Part shown: one piece after another, positions 9,131 through 17,515 of the stretch
Layout: each line of letters begins with the position of its first letter
Numbering within the stretch: the stretch's first letter is position 1
Assembly: GCA_003233455.1 (NCBI GenBank)
Contig: QILQ01000048.1
Span: 1-44,152 of the forward strand
Length of the DNA: 44,152 nucleotides
Reading direction: 5' to 3'
From: Candidatus Zambryskiibacteriota bacterium
GTDB lineage: Bacteria; Patescibacteriota; Minisyncoccia; Phycocordibacterales; WO2-35-19
Translations under genes and position numbers: made by a program
Notes under the pieces: generated by a model
The model's database searches: none
Seen by the model: only the letters and a program-made list of their open reading frames with translations
What the model was told of the DNA's origin: nothing

Positions 9131-10510
9131 ATGAATCCAAAAACAAAAAATTATCTAAGAGTGCCTCCAAATAATACCGAAGCGGAAAAAGCTTTGCTTG
9201 GTTCGGTAATGCTCCGACCGGAAGTGATGTATGAAATCACCGATTTAGTTTATGCTATTTCTTTTTATTCTGAAAAACATCGCTTGATATTTGAAACTAT
9301 GGTAGAGCTTTTTTCCAAACGCAACCCGACAGATTTGTTGACAGTTTCCGCTAGATTAAAAGAAAAAAATATTTTAGAGGAAATTGGTGGTAATAGTTAT
9401 TTGGGCGAATTGGTTAATTCGGTTCCATCGGCCTCAAACGCCTCTTATTACGCCGGCATAGTTCAAAAAAAACACATCGCCAGAAACTTAATTGGCGCGG
9501 CTGATTTTATTTCCGCATTGGGTTACGACGAAGCGGAAGAAATAGAAACTCTTTTAGATCAAGCTCAAAAAAAGATTTATGATGTGACCAATATATCAAG
9601 CATTCATAAATTTGTGGAACTAAAAGAAGAATTGGCGGAGGCTTGGGAAAGATTGGATAGACTTCAAAATTCCGGAGATGGTTTACGCGGAGTGCCAACG
9701 GGTTTTAAAGAACTTGATGAGAAACTTTCTGGTTTTCAAAAATCAGATTTGATAATTTTAGCGGCCAGACCTTCGGTGGGAAAAACCGCTTTAGCTTTGG
9801 ATATCGCTCGGCAGGCGGCTGTTTATCATAAAGTGCCGGTTGGCATCTTTTCTTTGGAAATGAGTTCCCAACAATTAGTAGACAGAATGCTCGCTTCCCA
9901 ATCAAATGTGGACGCCTGGAAACTTAGAACCGGCAAATTAAGCAAGGAAGATGATTTTGCCGCTATCCGCCAATCATTAGATGTTCTTTCCAAAGCTCCT
10001 ATTTTTATAGATGATCAACCGGGTAATAATATTTTAAAAATGCGTTCCGTTGCCAGAAGATTAAAAAAAGAAAAAGGTTTAGGTTTGATTATAGTGGATT
10101 ATCTCCAATTAATGATGACTAGTAAAAATTATGATTCTATGGTAAACCAAGTGACGGAAATTTCCCGCTCGCTGAAAAATTTGGCGAGAGAATTGGAAGT
10201 GCCAGTTTTGGCGCTTTCTCAACTTTCCCGAGCTATAGAGCAAAGAGGGGGTAAACCAAAACTCTCCGACTTGCGAGATTCCGGTTCTATTGAACAAGAT
10301 GCCGATTTGGTAATGTTTATTCATCGTGAAGATAAAGCTAAAAATACAGAGGAGTCGGAAAAAACAAATATTGCCGAGATTTTAATTGAAAAACATAGAA
10401 ACGGTGCCACTGGCAAAGTAGAATTATTCTTTAATGAAAAGAAAGCCACTTTTTTGCCTCTTGAAAAAGCTCAATTTAGCGGTGCTGAAAGTGAATTTAG
10501 AGAATTTTAA
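9131..10510 (+). CDS. dnaB: Replicative DNA helicase
   Basis: AARPSVGKT, FSLEM, IVDYLQL, LSQLSR, DLRDSGSIEQDAD, KHRNG; no intein. Confidence 0.98.
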   Translation: MNPKTKNYLRVPPNNTEAEKALLGSVMLRPEVMYEITDLVYAISFYSEKHRLIFETMVELFSKRNPTDLLTVSARLKEKNILEEIGGNSYLGELVNSVPSASNASYYAGIVQKKHIARNLIGAADFISALGYDEAEEIETLLDQAQKKIYDVTNISSIHKFVELKEELAEAWERLDRLQNSGDGLRGVPTGFKELDEKLSGFQKSDLIILAARPSVGKTALALDIARQAAVYHKVPVGIFSLEMSSQQLVDRMLASQSNVDAWKLRTGKLSKEDDFAAIRQSLDVLSKAPIFIDDQPGNNILKMRSVARRLKKEKGLGLIIVDYLQLMMTSKNYDSMVNQVTEISRSLKNLARELEVPVLALSQLSRAIEQRGGKPKLSDLRDSGSIEQDADLVMFIHREDKAKNTEESEKTNIAEILIEKHRNGATGKVELFFNEKKATFLPLEKAQFSGAESEFREF

Positions 10511-10517
10511 GATAAAC

Positions 10518-10560
10518 ATACTAATCTACAAATTATACAAATCAACAAATGGATACAAAT
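10518..10560 (+). repeat. Array of five TAC(A/T)AAT heptamers at the 5' end of the GxxExxY gene
   Basis: Units at 10519, 10527, 10536, 10544 (AACAAAT), 10554; array overlaps the ATG. Confidence 0.8.
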
Positions 10561-10929
10561 AAAAAAATAAATAAGAAAGTCATTTATCCAAAATTATCAT
10601 ATGTTATAACAGGCATATTGTTTGAAGCTCAAAATGAGCTCGGAAATTTTTCAAGAGAAAAGCAATATGGGGATTTAATAGAGACAAAATTAAAAGAAAA
10701 AGGTATTTTATACAAAAGAGAATTACCAATTTCTAATACAGGAAATATTCTTGATTTTGTAATTGAAGATAAAATTGTAATTGAGTTAAAAGCAGCAAAA
10801 TCTCTCACAAGAGAAAACTATAGACAAATACAAAATTATCTCCAAAGTACAGGTTATAAACTTGGTATGTTGGTTAATTTTAGAAGCAAATATTTAAAAC
10901 CAGAAAGAGTTATCAGAATTGATTCGTAG
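10549..10929 (+). CDS. GxxExxY family protein (PD-(D/E)XK nuclease superfamily)
   Basis: LSYVITG, ELGNFSREKQY, DFVIEDKIVIELKA, QIQNYL, GMLVNF. Confidence 0.9.
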   Translation: MDTNKKINKKVIYPKLSYVITGILFEAQNELGNFSREKQYGDLIETKLKEKGILYKRELPISNTGNILDFVIEDKIVIELKAAKSLTRENYRQIQNYLQSTGYKLGMLVNFRSKYLKPERVIRIDS

Positions 10930-10965
10930 TAATTTGTATTATTAGTAACATTTGTATATTAGTAT
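10922..10965 (-). repeat. Inverted array of five ATT(T/A/C)GTA heptamers at the 3' end of the GxxExxY gene
   Basis: Units at 10922, 10932, 10941, 10950, 10958; reverse complement of the 5' array; overlaps the stop codon. Confidence 0.8.
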
Positions 10966-10974
10966 ATTTATTTT

Positions 10975-11601
10975 ATGAACTCTATAGAAAAACTAATACA
11001 AATATTTTCCAATTTTCCGGGTATCGGACCGCGACAAGCTCGGCGATTTGTTTATTATTTGCTGACCAGAGCAAATGGAACTTTAGAAGAACTTTCTCAA
11101 AATATAAAAGATTTAAAAAATGATGTAATAATGTGTGCTGATTGTCAAAGATTTTTTGAGCACAAAAATAACAATTACAATGGTGCCCATTGTAAACATT
11201 GTAAAATATGTTCTGACAAAACTAGAGATGACTCTATTTTGATGTTAGTCCAAAGAGACGCAGACTTGGAATCAATAGAAAAAAACGGTGAATTTAAAGG
11301 TCTTTATTTTGTACTCGGAGGTTCGGTTCCGATATTAGAAAAAGAACCGGAAAAAAGAATTCGCATTAAAGAATTGAAAAAATTCCTTGAAAGAAAAGAA
11401 AATTTGAAAGAAATAATATTGGGAGTAAATTGGAATCCGGAAGGAGAAAATACCGGAGATTTTGTAGAAAAATTTATAAAACCGATTACAGAAAAAAATA
11501 AAATAAAAATTTCTCGTTTAGGTAAAGGACTTTCTATGGGTACCGAATTAGAGTATGCTGATAGTGAGACAATGAAAAATGCTTTGAAAAATAGGAGCTA
11601 A
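10975..11601 (+). CDS. recR: Recombination mediator RecR
   Basis: HhH motif FPGIGPRQARR, C4 zinc finger, Toprim domain (YFVLGG, NPEGE, GTELEYAD). Confidence 0.95.
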   Translation: MNSIEKLIQIFSNFPGIGPRQARRFVYYLLTRANGTLEELSQNIKDLKNDVIMCADCQRFFEHKNNNYNGAHCKHCKICSDKTRDDSILMLVQRDADLESIEKNGEFKGLYFVLGGSVPILEKEPEKRIRIKELKKFLERKENLKEIILGVNWNPEGENTGDFVEKFIKPITEKNKIKISRLGKGLSMGTELEYADSETMKNALKNRS

Positions 11602-11607
11602 AAAATT

Positions 11608-12189
11608 ATGAGCATCCAAAAATCTTATTTATATATTTTAATAACCGGCAGTATTATTGGTTTTGGAGCTTCTTTTTTGTTAATGATAGATACTTTAAAA
11701 CTTATAAAAAATCCGACCGCAATTCTTCCTTGCAATATTAATCCGTTTGTTAGCTGTGCTTCGGTTGCTGGTGCGTGGCAAAGCGAGATTTTTGGCTTCC
11801 CAAATCCCCTTTTAGGAATTGTATTTTTCAGTATGCTTTTAGTTATCGGTTTGATGCTTTATTTTAGAGGCAAAGTCGGTAGATTATTTTGGCTTTTGGT
11901 AAATCTAGGCACCCTAACCGCAATGTCTTTTGTTGTTTGGTTTTTCTACCAAAGTGTTTACAACATCGGCTCACTCTGTATCTACTGTATGGTAGTATGG
12001 ACAGTCACTTGGCCTATTTTTCTCTACACCACTATATGGAATTTCAAAGAAGAACATTTTAATGTTAAACACCGAGTGTTCAACATTTTAAATTTTGTTT
12101 CTCGTTATCATTTTCAAATTTTAATAGGATGGTATTTGATTATAGTTTTTCTAATATTATTTCATTTCCGCGATTTCTTTTTTGCTTAA
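11608..12189 (+). CDS. Vitamin K epoxide reductase (VKOR) family protein
   Basis: CNINPFVSC loop cysteines, FGFPNPLLG, LCIYC CxxC, TM helices. Confidence 0.92.
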   Translation: MSIQKSYLYILITGSIIGFGASFLLMIDTLKLIKNPTAILPCNINPFVSCASVAGAWQSEIFGFPNPLLGIVFFSMLLVIGLMLYFRGKVGRLFWLLVNLGTLTAMSFVVWFFYQSVYNIGSLCIYCMVVWTVTWPIFLYTTIWNFKEEHFNVKHRVFNILNFVSRYHFQILIGWYLIIVFLILFHFRDFFFA

Positions 12190-12200
12190 AAAAATTAAAT

Positions 12201-12617
12201 TTATACTATCTTATCTATTTTTACTTTGAAATATGGTTGACGATGACCGTTCTTTTTTAGATAACGGCTTTTGGCTTTATATTTGAGAACAATCACTTTT
12301 TTATTTCTACCTATTTCAATAAGAGTGCCGACTACTTTAGCCCCAGCAACATACGGTGTACCAATATCAGTCACATCTTTTCCATTATCCACTAGAAGCA
12401 CTTTATCAAACGTTATTTTATCCCCTTCTTTATGTTCCCCTTTGATTATCTCTATTTTTATGGTATCCCCAACAGCTAAACGGTATTGTTTTCCTCCCGT
12501 TTCTATTATGGCAAAACCGTTATTTTTTGTTGAAATTTCAGCCTTTTTTACCTTTTGGTCAATCTCTTTTTTCTCGGTTTTTTTTATGATTTTTGCGTCT
12601 TTTTTTGCTATTGACAT
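12201..12617 (-). CDS. rplU: 50S ribosomal protein L21 with Lys-rich N-terminal extension
   Basis: AIIETGGKQY, IGTPYV, GHRQPY. Confidence 0.96.
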   Translation of the reverse strand: MSIAKKDAKIIKKTEKKEIDQKVKKAEISTKNNGFAIIETGGKQYRLAVGDTIKIEIIKGEHKEGDKITFDKVLLVDNGKDVTDIGTPYVAGAKVVGTLIEIGRNKKVIVLKYKAKSRYLKKNGHRQPYFKVKIDKIV

Positions 12618-12694
12618 AACGGATACTACTTTACAGTATTTTTATAAAATACGCAAATTTCAACTTTCATTTCTATCAATAAAATAAAATTAAG

Positions 12695-13732
12695 TTAATT
12701 ATTGATATCCGGTTTTTCAATAGACTCTACTTCAAATTTAGGAGATTCACCAGTAATTCGCATAACATCTTTATCAATTAATTTAAAAGATTGATTGGTT
12801 TTATTGTAATGATTGACAGTAGTGCTAAGAGCATTGCCTAGTTTACTGTGATATTCCTCATAACTTTTTAAATGTTTACCAAGCTCTTCCACTCTTTTAT
12901 GGATTTCTTTTGCTTTCTCTTCAATCTTCAAAGCATTCAATCCCTGCAAAACAGTTTGCAAATAAGCCAAGAAAGAAGTTGGAGAAACAATCATTACATG
13001 ATATTTACCAGCCGCTCGTTGAATTAAATTTTCAGAATTGTCAGACGCACCAACAGTATTTACCAAAAGATCATAATAAATTGCTTCATGGGGGATAAAC
13101 ATAAAAGCAAAATCCATAGTTCCTTCTTCTGGTTGTATGTATTTACTGGTTTCTACAATTCGTTTTTTTAAATCATCTTCAAATATCTTTCCAAACCTTT
13201 TCTTTTCTGCAGGATCATTTGTTTCAGCCATACGGTTGTAGTTTTCAAGAGAAAATTTTGAATCAATAGGGATGATTTTTTCTTTAACAAAAACCGCCGC
13301 GTCTACTATAGTGCCGTTTGGAAAAGGATATTGCATTTGAAAACTCCCTGGTGGCAGAACATTTTTTAAAAGAGTTTCTAGATAATATTCGCCTAAAACC
13401 CCTCTTTGTTTAGGATTTTTTAAAATATCCTGCAAAGATTTTAGTTGCTCTGCAAAACCTTCTACTCTTCTTCCAGTATCTTTAACATGAGTAAGCTCTT
13501 CTGTAATTTCTTTTATAAGTTTTTGAGATTCTCCGAATTGTTTGTGTAATGAATCGCGCACAACTTTTGAAGATTCACCTAGTTTTTGGTCAACAGTATG
13601 AGAAAGATTATTCATCTGTTCAAGGAGAAGTTTTAGACCAATATCATCTGATTTAGCTTCTTTTTTGCGAAGCAATAGAAAAACAACGATAGCTAGTCCC
13701 GCGATAATTATTCCAAATAAAGCATTTTGCAT
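12695..13732 (-). CDS. rmuC: DNA recombination protein RmuC
   Basis: N-terminal TM, NPKQRGVLGE, IDSKF, DFAFMFIPHE, VSPTS. Start moved to ATG 13732, which follows a TGnTATAAT box and avoids overlap with truB. Confidence 0.92.
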   Translation of the reverse strand: MQNALFGIIIAGLAIVVFLLLRKKEAKSDDIGLKLLLEQMNNLSHTVDQKLGESSKVVRDSLHKQFGESQKLIKEITEELTHVKDTGRRVEGFAEQLKSLQDILKNPKQRGVLGEYYLETLLKNVLPPGSFQMQYPFPNGTIVDAAVFVKEKIIPIDSKFSLENYNRMAETNDPAEKKRFGKIFEDDLKKRIVETSKYIQPEEGTMDFAFMFIPHEAIYYDLLVNTVGASDNSENLIQRAAGKYHVMIVSPTSFLAYLQTVLQGLNALKIEEKAKEIHKRVEELGKHLKSYEEYHSKLGNALSTTVNHYNKTNQSFKLIDKDVMRITGESPKFEVESIEKPDINN

Positions 13733-13751
13733 ATTATATATTATAACAAAT

Positions 13752-14597
13752 TTATTTAATACTATCTTCAATTTTATAATCTCCCACTTTGTTTCTCTTA
13801 ATAGAAAGAATAGTCGCTCCGCAACCTAAAGTTTTACCTATATCATTTACCAAACTGCGAATATAAGTGCCAGAGGAAACATAAGCACTAAATCTGCCTA
13901 AAAAAAATTGTTCTTGAGAGTCTTTGAAAAGTATCTTTTTCCATAATGTTAAAATTTCGTGTTGTCTAAAATCTCCTTTTACTTTTGAAATATCCATTAA
14001 GAGTCTACCGAAAAGTTCTTTAGTATTTAAACTATCAAGTTTATGAAATTGAATTTTGTAGATAATAATTTTTTTCACCTCACCCCCTCTCCTTACAGGA
14101 TCTGTCCACTCATTGGATTTTTCTTCAAAAAATCTCAATGAGTCTTGCGAAGCTCCAAGTGTTCGCTTCTCACCCTTCTCCTTGCTAAGGCGAAGGGGGA
14201 CAGCTTTTTTATTATTATTACTAATAACTTTAGAAGAATAAGGTGGATATTTTTGCTTTCTTTTTCCTTTATAAATCATTGCTACTTTTCTCACTTCATT
14301 TTCTGAAAGATTTTTTATTTTTTTTACTTTTATTATTTTTCCCAAAATATCGTAAGTATCTGTGGTAAATCCAAAAAGAGAAACAAAATCATATTCTTTA
14401 TCAAGTCCAAAAAATTCTTCACGCCTACTCTGTGTCGTATCTTCTCCACTACCGACAAGCAAAACTCCTTCCGCCAAAGGATCCAATCTACCCAGATAAG
14501 TCATTTTTTCTTTTTTTAAACTGGGATTTTCCTTAATAAATCTTTGAATACACTCTAGCGGAGTTTCTCCTTTTTGTTTATATACATTAAATATCAT
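13752..14597 (-). CDS. truB: tRNA pseudouridine-55 synthase TruB-like, with in-frame insert
   Basis: GRLDPLAEGVL (catalytic Asp), TDTYD, YPPYSSK, VSSGTYIRSL; no PUA domain. Confidence 0.88.
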   Translation of the reverse strand: MIFNVYKQKGETPLECIQRFIKENPSLKKEKMTYLGRLDPLAEGVLLVGSGEDTTQSRREEFFGLDKEYDFVSLFGFTTDTYDILGKIIKVKKIKNLSENEVRKVAMIYKGKRKQKYPPYSSKVISNNNKKAVPLRLSKEKGEKRTLGASQDSLRFFEEKSNEWTDPVRRGGEVKKIIIYKIQFHKLDSLNTKELFGRLLMDISKVKGDFRQHEILTLWKKILFKDSQEQFFLGRFSAYVSSGTYIRSLVNDIGKTLGCGATILSIKRNKVGDYKIEDSIK

Positions 14598-14691
14598 AGT
14601 CTCCAGCTTATCCTAATTCAATCCAGAAATAAAGAATCCTAATTTCCACCGTAATATTTGACAAAATTAATTAAACGACTAGAGTGATATA

Positions 14692-14850
14692 TAGATGGAT
14701 TAGTATGGGTGGTTTTTTTAAATGGGAGAAGTGGTAAGAGTGTTTTAGACACAGCCCTCCTCGATCGCCGGTAAGTTCGAGGACAGTAAGCATTTAAAAA
14801 AACCACCCCACCTCCCACCAGTGTCACAGCCGGCGGGATTCTTTTTTATT
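14692..14850 (+). ncRNA. Putative structured non-coding RNA of unknown family
   Basis: Upstream TTGACA-16-TAGAGT; 18-bp closing stem GGGTGGTTTTTTTAAATG/CATTTAAAAAAACCACCC; internal hairpins; terminal GC hairpin plus T-tract. Confidence 0.45.
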
Positions 14851-16058
14851 TAATTAGCTTTATAAATCCTCAAAAACTCTTCTTTAAATTCAAAGAAATT
14901 ATTTTCTAAAATAGACTTCCTAATCTGAGACATTAAATTATTCAAAAAATAAATATTGTGAATACTAGCTAAACTGGCAGCCAACATTTCTTTAGCGCGA
15001 AAAAGATGTGAGAGATAGGCGGTAGTATAATTTTGACAAGTATAACAACCGCAATTTTTTTCAATTGGTTTTAAAAGATTTTTATATTTTGCATTTGTAA
15101 TATTTATTTTGCCGTGTTTGGTATAAAGAGAGCCATTGCGAGCCATTCGAGTAACCGCCACGCAATCAAAAGTATCGCAACCATTTTCCACTCCTAAAAT
15201 GAGATCAATCGGCTCACCTATTCCTAAAAGATGTCTCGGTTTTTCTTCCGGAAGGATTTGATTAACCCATCTAACCGCCGTCGCCATATCTTCTTTAACA
15301 AACGAACCACCAATACCAAAACCGTCAAAATCCATTTTTCCTATTATTTTAGCGCTTTTTTTTCTTAAATCTTCATAACGCCCACCTTGCACAATTCCAA
15401 AAAGTGCTTGAGGAAAATGTTTTTTCTTCTGACTTAAATCTCTGTGTTCTTTTAAACATCTTTCCGCCCAACAATGAGTTCTTTTCATAGATTCTTGTAA
15501 ATATTTTTTAGAAACGAGAGGAGAAGCACATTCATCAAAAGCAAATATAATATCAGCTCCAAGATTGTTTTGAATTTGGATTGATTTTTCCGGTGTAAAA
15601 AAATGTTTGCTTCCATCTATAACTGACTTAAATTCAACCCCATCTTCAGTAATTTTAGCCTTTTTTTCTTCATTTTTCTTGCTATAAACTTTTTTTATTT
15701 CTTCTAAAGTGAGAGGTTTTGTTCCAATAAATTTGCTCAAATTATTACCATAAGCCGCTCCTAAAGAAAAAACTTGAAAACCACCGGAGTCAGTCATTAT
15801 AGGTCCTTGCCAATTCATAAATTTATGTAAACCTCCAGCTTTTTTAATTATTTTTTCACCCGGTTCCAGATAAAGATGGTAAGTATTCGCTAAAACTACC
15901 TGAGAACCGGCACTTGCGACTTGCTCCGGAGATAGAGATTTCACAGTAGCTTTAGTGCCAACGGCTACAAAGGCCGGTGTTTGTATTTGACCATGAGAAG
16001 TGATTAAAACACCAGCTCGACCTAATGATTTCGAAATCTTTTTATTTATTTTAAACAT
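14850..16058 (-). CDS. tgt: Queuine tRNA-ribosyltransferase
   Basis: LANTYHL, TDSGGFQVFSL, GIVQGG, KPRHLLG, FDC, CGCYTC and H zinc site. Confidence 0.97.
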   Translation of the reverse strand: MFKINKKISKSLGRAGVLITSHGQIQTPAFVAVGTKATVKSLSPEQVASAGSQVVLANTYHLYLEPGEKIIKKAGGLHKFMNWQGPIMTDSGGFQVFSLGAAYGNNLSKFIGTKPLTLEEIKKVYSKKNEEKKAKITEDGVEFKSVIDGSKHFFTPEKSIQIQNNLGADIIFAFDECASPLVSKKYLQESMKRTHCWAERCLKEHRDLSQKKKHFPQALFGIVQGGRYEDLRKKSAKIIGKMDFDGFGIGGSFVKEDMATAVRWVNQILPEEKPRHLLGIGEPIDLILGVENGCDTFDCVAVTRMARNGSLYTKHGKINITNAKYKNLLKPIEKNCGCYTCQNYTTAYLSHLFRAKEMLAASLASIHNIYFLNNLMSQIRKSILENNFFEFKEEFLRIYKAN

Positions 16059-16555
16059 TATTGCACCAACTGAGGAGTGGTCTCTGTAGCATTTAATAAT
16101 TCAATAGTAAATATTAAAGTTGAATTTGGAGGTATCGGTCCGGCTTGTTTAGAACCGTAAGCGAGTTCCGGAGGAATAATAATAGTGCGCACACCACCAA
16201 CTTTCATATTAACAAAACCTCGCTCCCAACCCGGTATAACTTGACCAGCTCCGAGAGTAAATTTAAAAGGTGCTCCAAAATCTTTAGAATTTTGAATAAC
16301 AGTTCCATCGGAAAGAGAGAGAATATAATTAACAGAAAGTAATTGTCCTTTTTTAACTTCAACTCCTTTACCAACCACTATATCTTTTATAATTACCCCG
16401 TTGACAGGTTTTGAATCAGCTTTAAAAATTGAGGCGGAATTATTCATAATATTTTTTTGAAATAAACTTGTAATATTGCCACCAAATAAAGTATAACTAA
16501 CAAAGATAACAGCTATCGCCACCGCAATCCATTCTTTTTTAGATAATTTTTTCAT
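16058..16555 (-). CDS. FKBP-type peptidyl-prolyl isomerase with N-terminal membrane anchor
   Basis: GQVIPGWERG, MKVGG, IPPELAYG, IPPNSTLIF. Confidence 0.93.
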   Translation of the reverse strand: MKKLSKKEWIAVAIAVIFVSYTLFGGNITSLFQKNIMNNSASIFKADSKPVNGVIIKDIVVGKGVEVKKGQLLSVNYILSLSDGTVIQNSKDFGAPFKFTLGAGQVIPGWERGFVNMKVGGVRTIIIPPELAYGSKQAGPIPPNSTLIFTIELLNATETTPQLVQ

Positions 16556-16661
16556 ACACTTATTTACTCCTCCAAGAGGAGTGAAGTATTAAAATTTATA
16601 ATTAGAACTATTTTAAATATACCATATTGCCTTTTTATTTAAAACTATTAGAATAGATTAT

Positions 16662-17426
16662 ATGAAATATAAAAATAAACCTTTAACTTTATTTGAAATA
16701 AACGAAGCTCTTAAAAAAAGAGTGGCTCTTATTACCAAGGAATTTACCGATGGATTTGAATTTATAAAAAATTATCCTCGTTCAGTCACTTTTTTTGGTT
16801 CCGCCCGAACTAAAGAAGATGACCCTTATTATAAAAAGAGTAGAAACTTAGCTGGCAGAATAGTAAAAGAACTTCATTATTCGGTAGCCACCGGAGGCGG
16901 TCCGGGCATTATGGAAGCCGCTAACCGAGGAGCATTTGAAGCCGATGGTAATTCTTTAGGATTAACTATTGAATTACCTCATGAACAATTGAATAATAAA
17001 TATTTAACCGATAAAGAAGATTTCCATTATTTTTTTAGTAGAAAAGTTTGTCTCTCATTTTCAGCTGAAGCTTACATTTTTTTTCCGGGCGGTTTTGGCA
17101 CTCTTGATGAATTTTTAGAAATTCTGACTTTGATTCAAACAAATAAAATACCAAAAGCACCGATGATATTGGTAGGAGACTTTTTTTGGCGACCATTGGA
17201 ACAATTTTTTAAAGAAATACTTTTGGCAAACCAAAAAATAAAAGAAGAAGACCTTTCTTTATACACTATTACAGAGAATGAAAATCAAATAATAAAAATT
17301 ATAAAAGCGGCGCCAATACGCTTAGGTCTTAGGTATGATGAAAATTCAGAAAAATTAAAAAAGAATAATCATCAAATGAATGGACACGAACCATTAAGCG
17401 GACTCTTTGAAAAAGTTGATGATTGA
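16662..17426 (+). CDS. LOG family Rossmann-fold protein (TIGR00730-like)
   Basis: VTFFGSAR, TGGGPGIMEAANRGA, FFSRK, PGGFGTLDE. Confidence 0.93.
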   Translation: MKYKNKPLTLFEINEALKKRVALITKEFTDGFEFIKNYPRSVTFFGSARTKEDDPYYKKSRNLAGRIVKELHYSVATGGGPGIMEAANRGAFEADGNSLGLTIELPHEQLNNKYLTDKEDFHYFFSRKVCLSFSAEAYIFFPGGFGTLDEFLEILTLIQTNKIPKAPMILVGDFFWRPLEQFFKEILLANQKIKEEDLSLYTITENENQIIKIIKAAPIRLGLRYDENSEKLKKNNHQMNGHEPLSGLFEKVDD

Positions 17427-17468
17427 TGATAATTAGTTTTTAATTACACAACATCTAATTCCAAAAAT

Positions 17469-17497
17469 CTATACTAAACGCTCGGCGTCTAATATAG
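17469..17497. repeat. 29-bp palindromic repeat, copy 1 (between convergent genes)
   Basis: CTATACTAAACGCTCGGCGTCTAATATAG; its reverse complement matches 43619-43647 at 28/29. Confidence 0.8.
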
Positions 17498-17515
17498 ATT
17501 TTTTAGAAACTTGTG

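Noticed and set aside
9131-10510. Intein in DnaB
   Set aside because: 459 aa with contiguous helicase motifs and no insertion.
14705-14737. Micro-ORF MGGFFKWEKW in the putative ncRNA
   Set aside because: Only 10 codons, buried in the closing stem, with no independent support for translation.
14741-14754. 14-mer TGTTTTAGACACAG shared with 44062-44075
   Set aside because: A 14-bp match is plausible by chance in 44 kb of AT-rich DNA and the flanks do not extend it.
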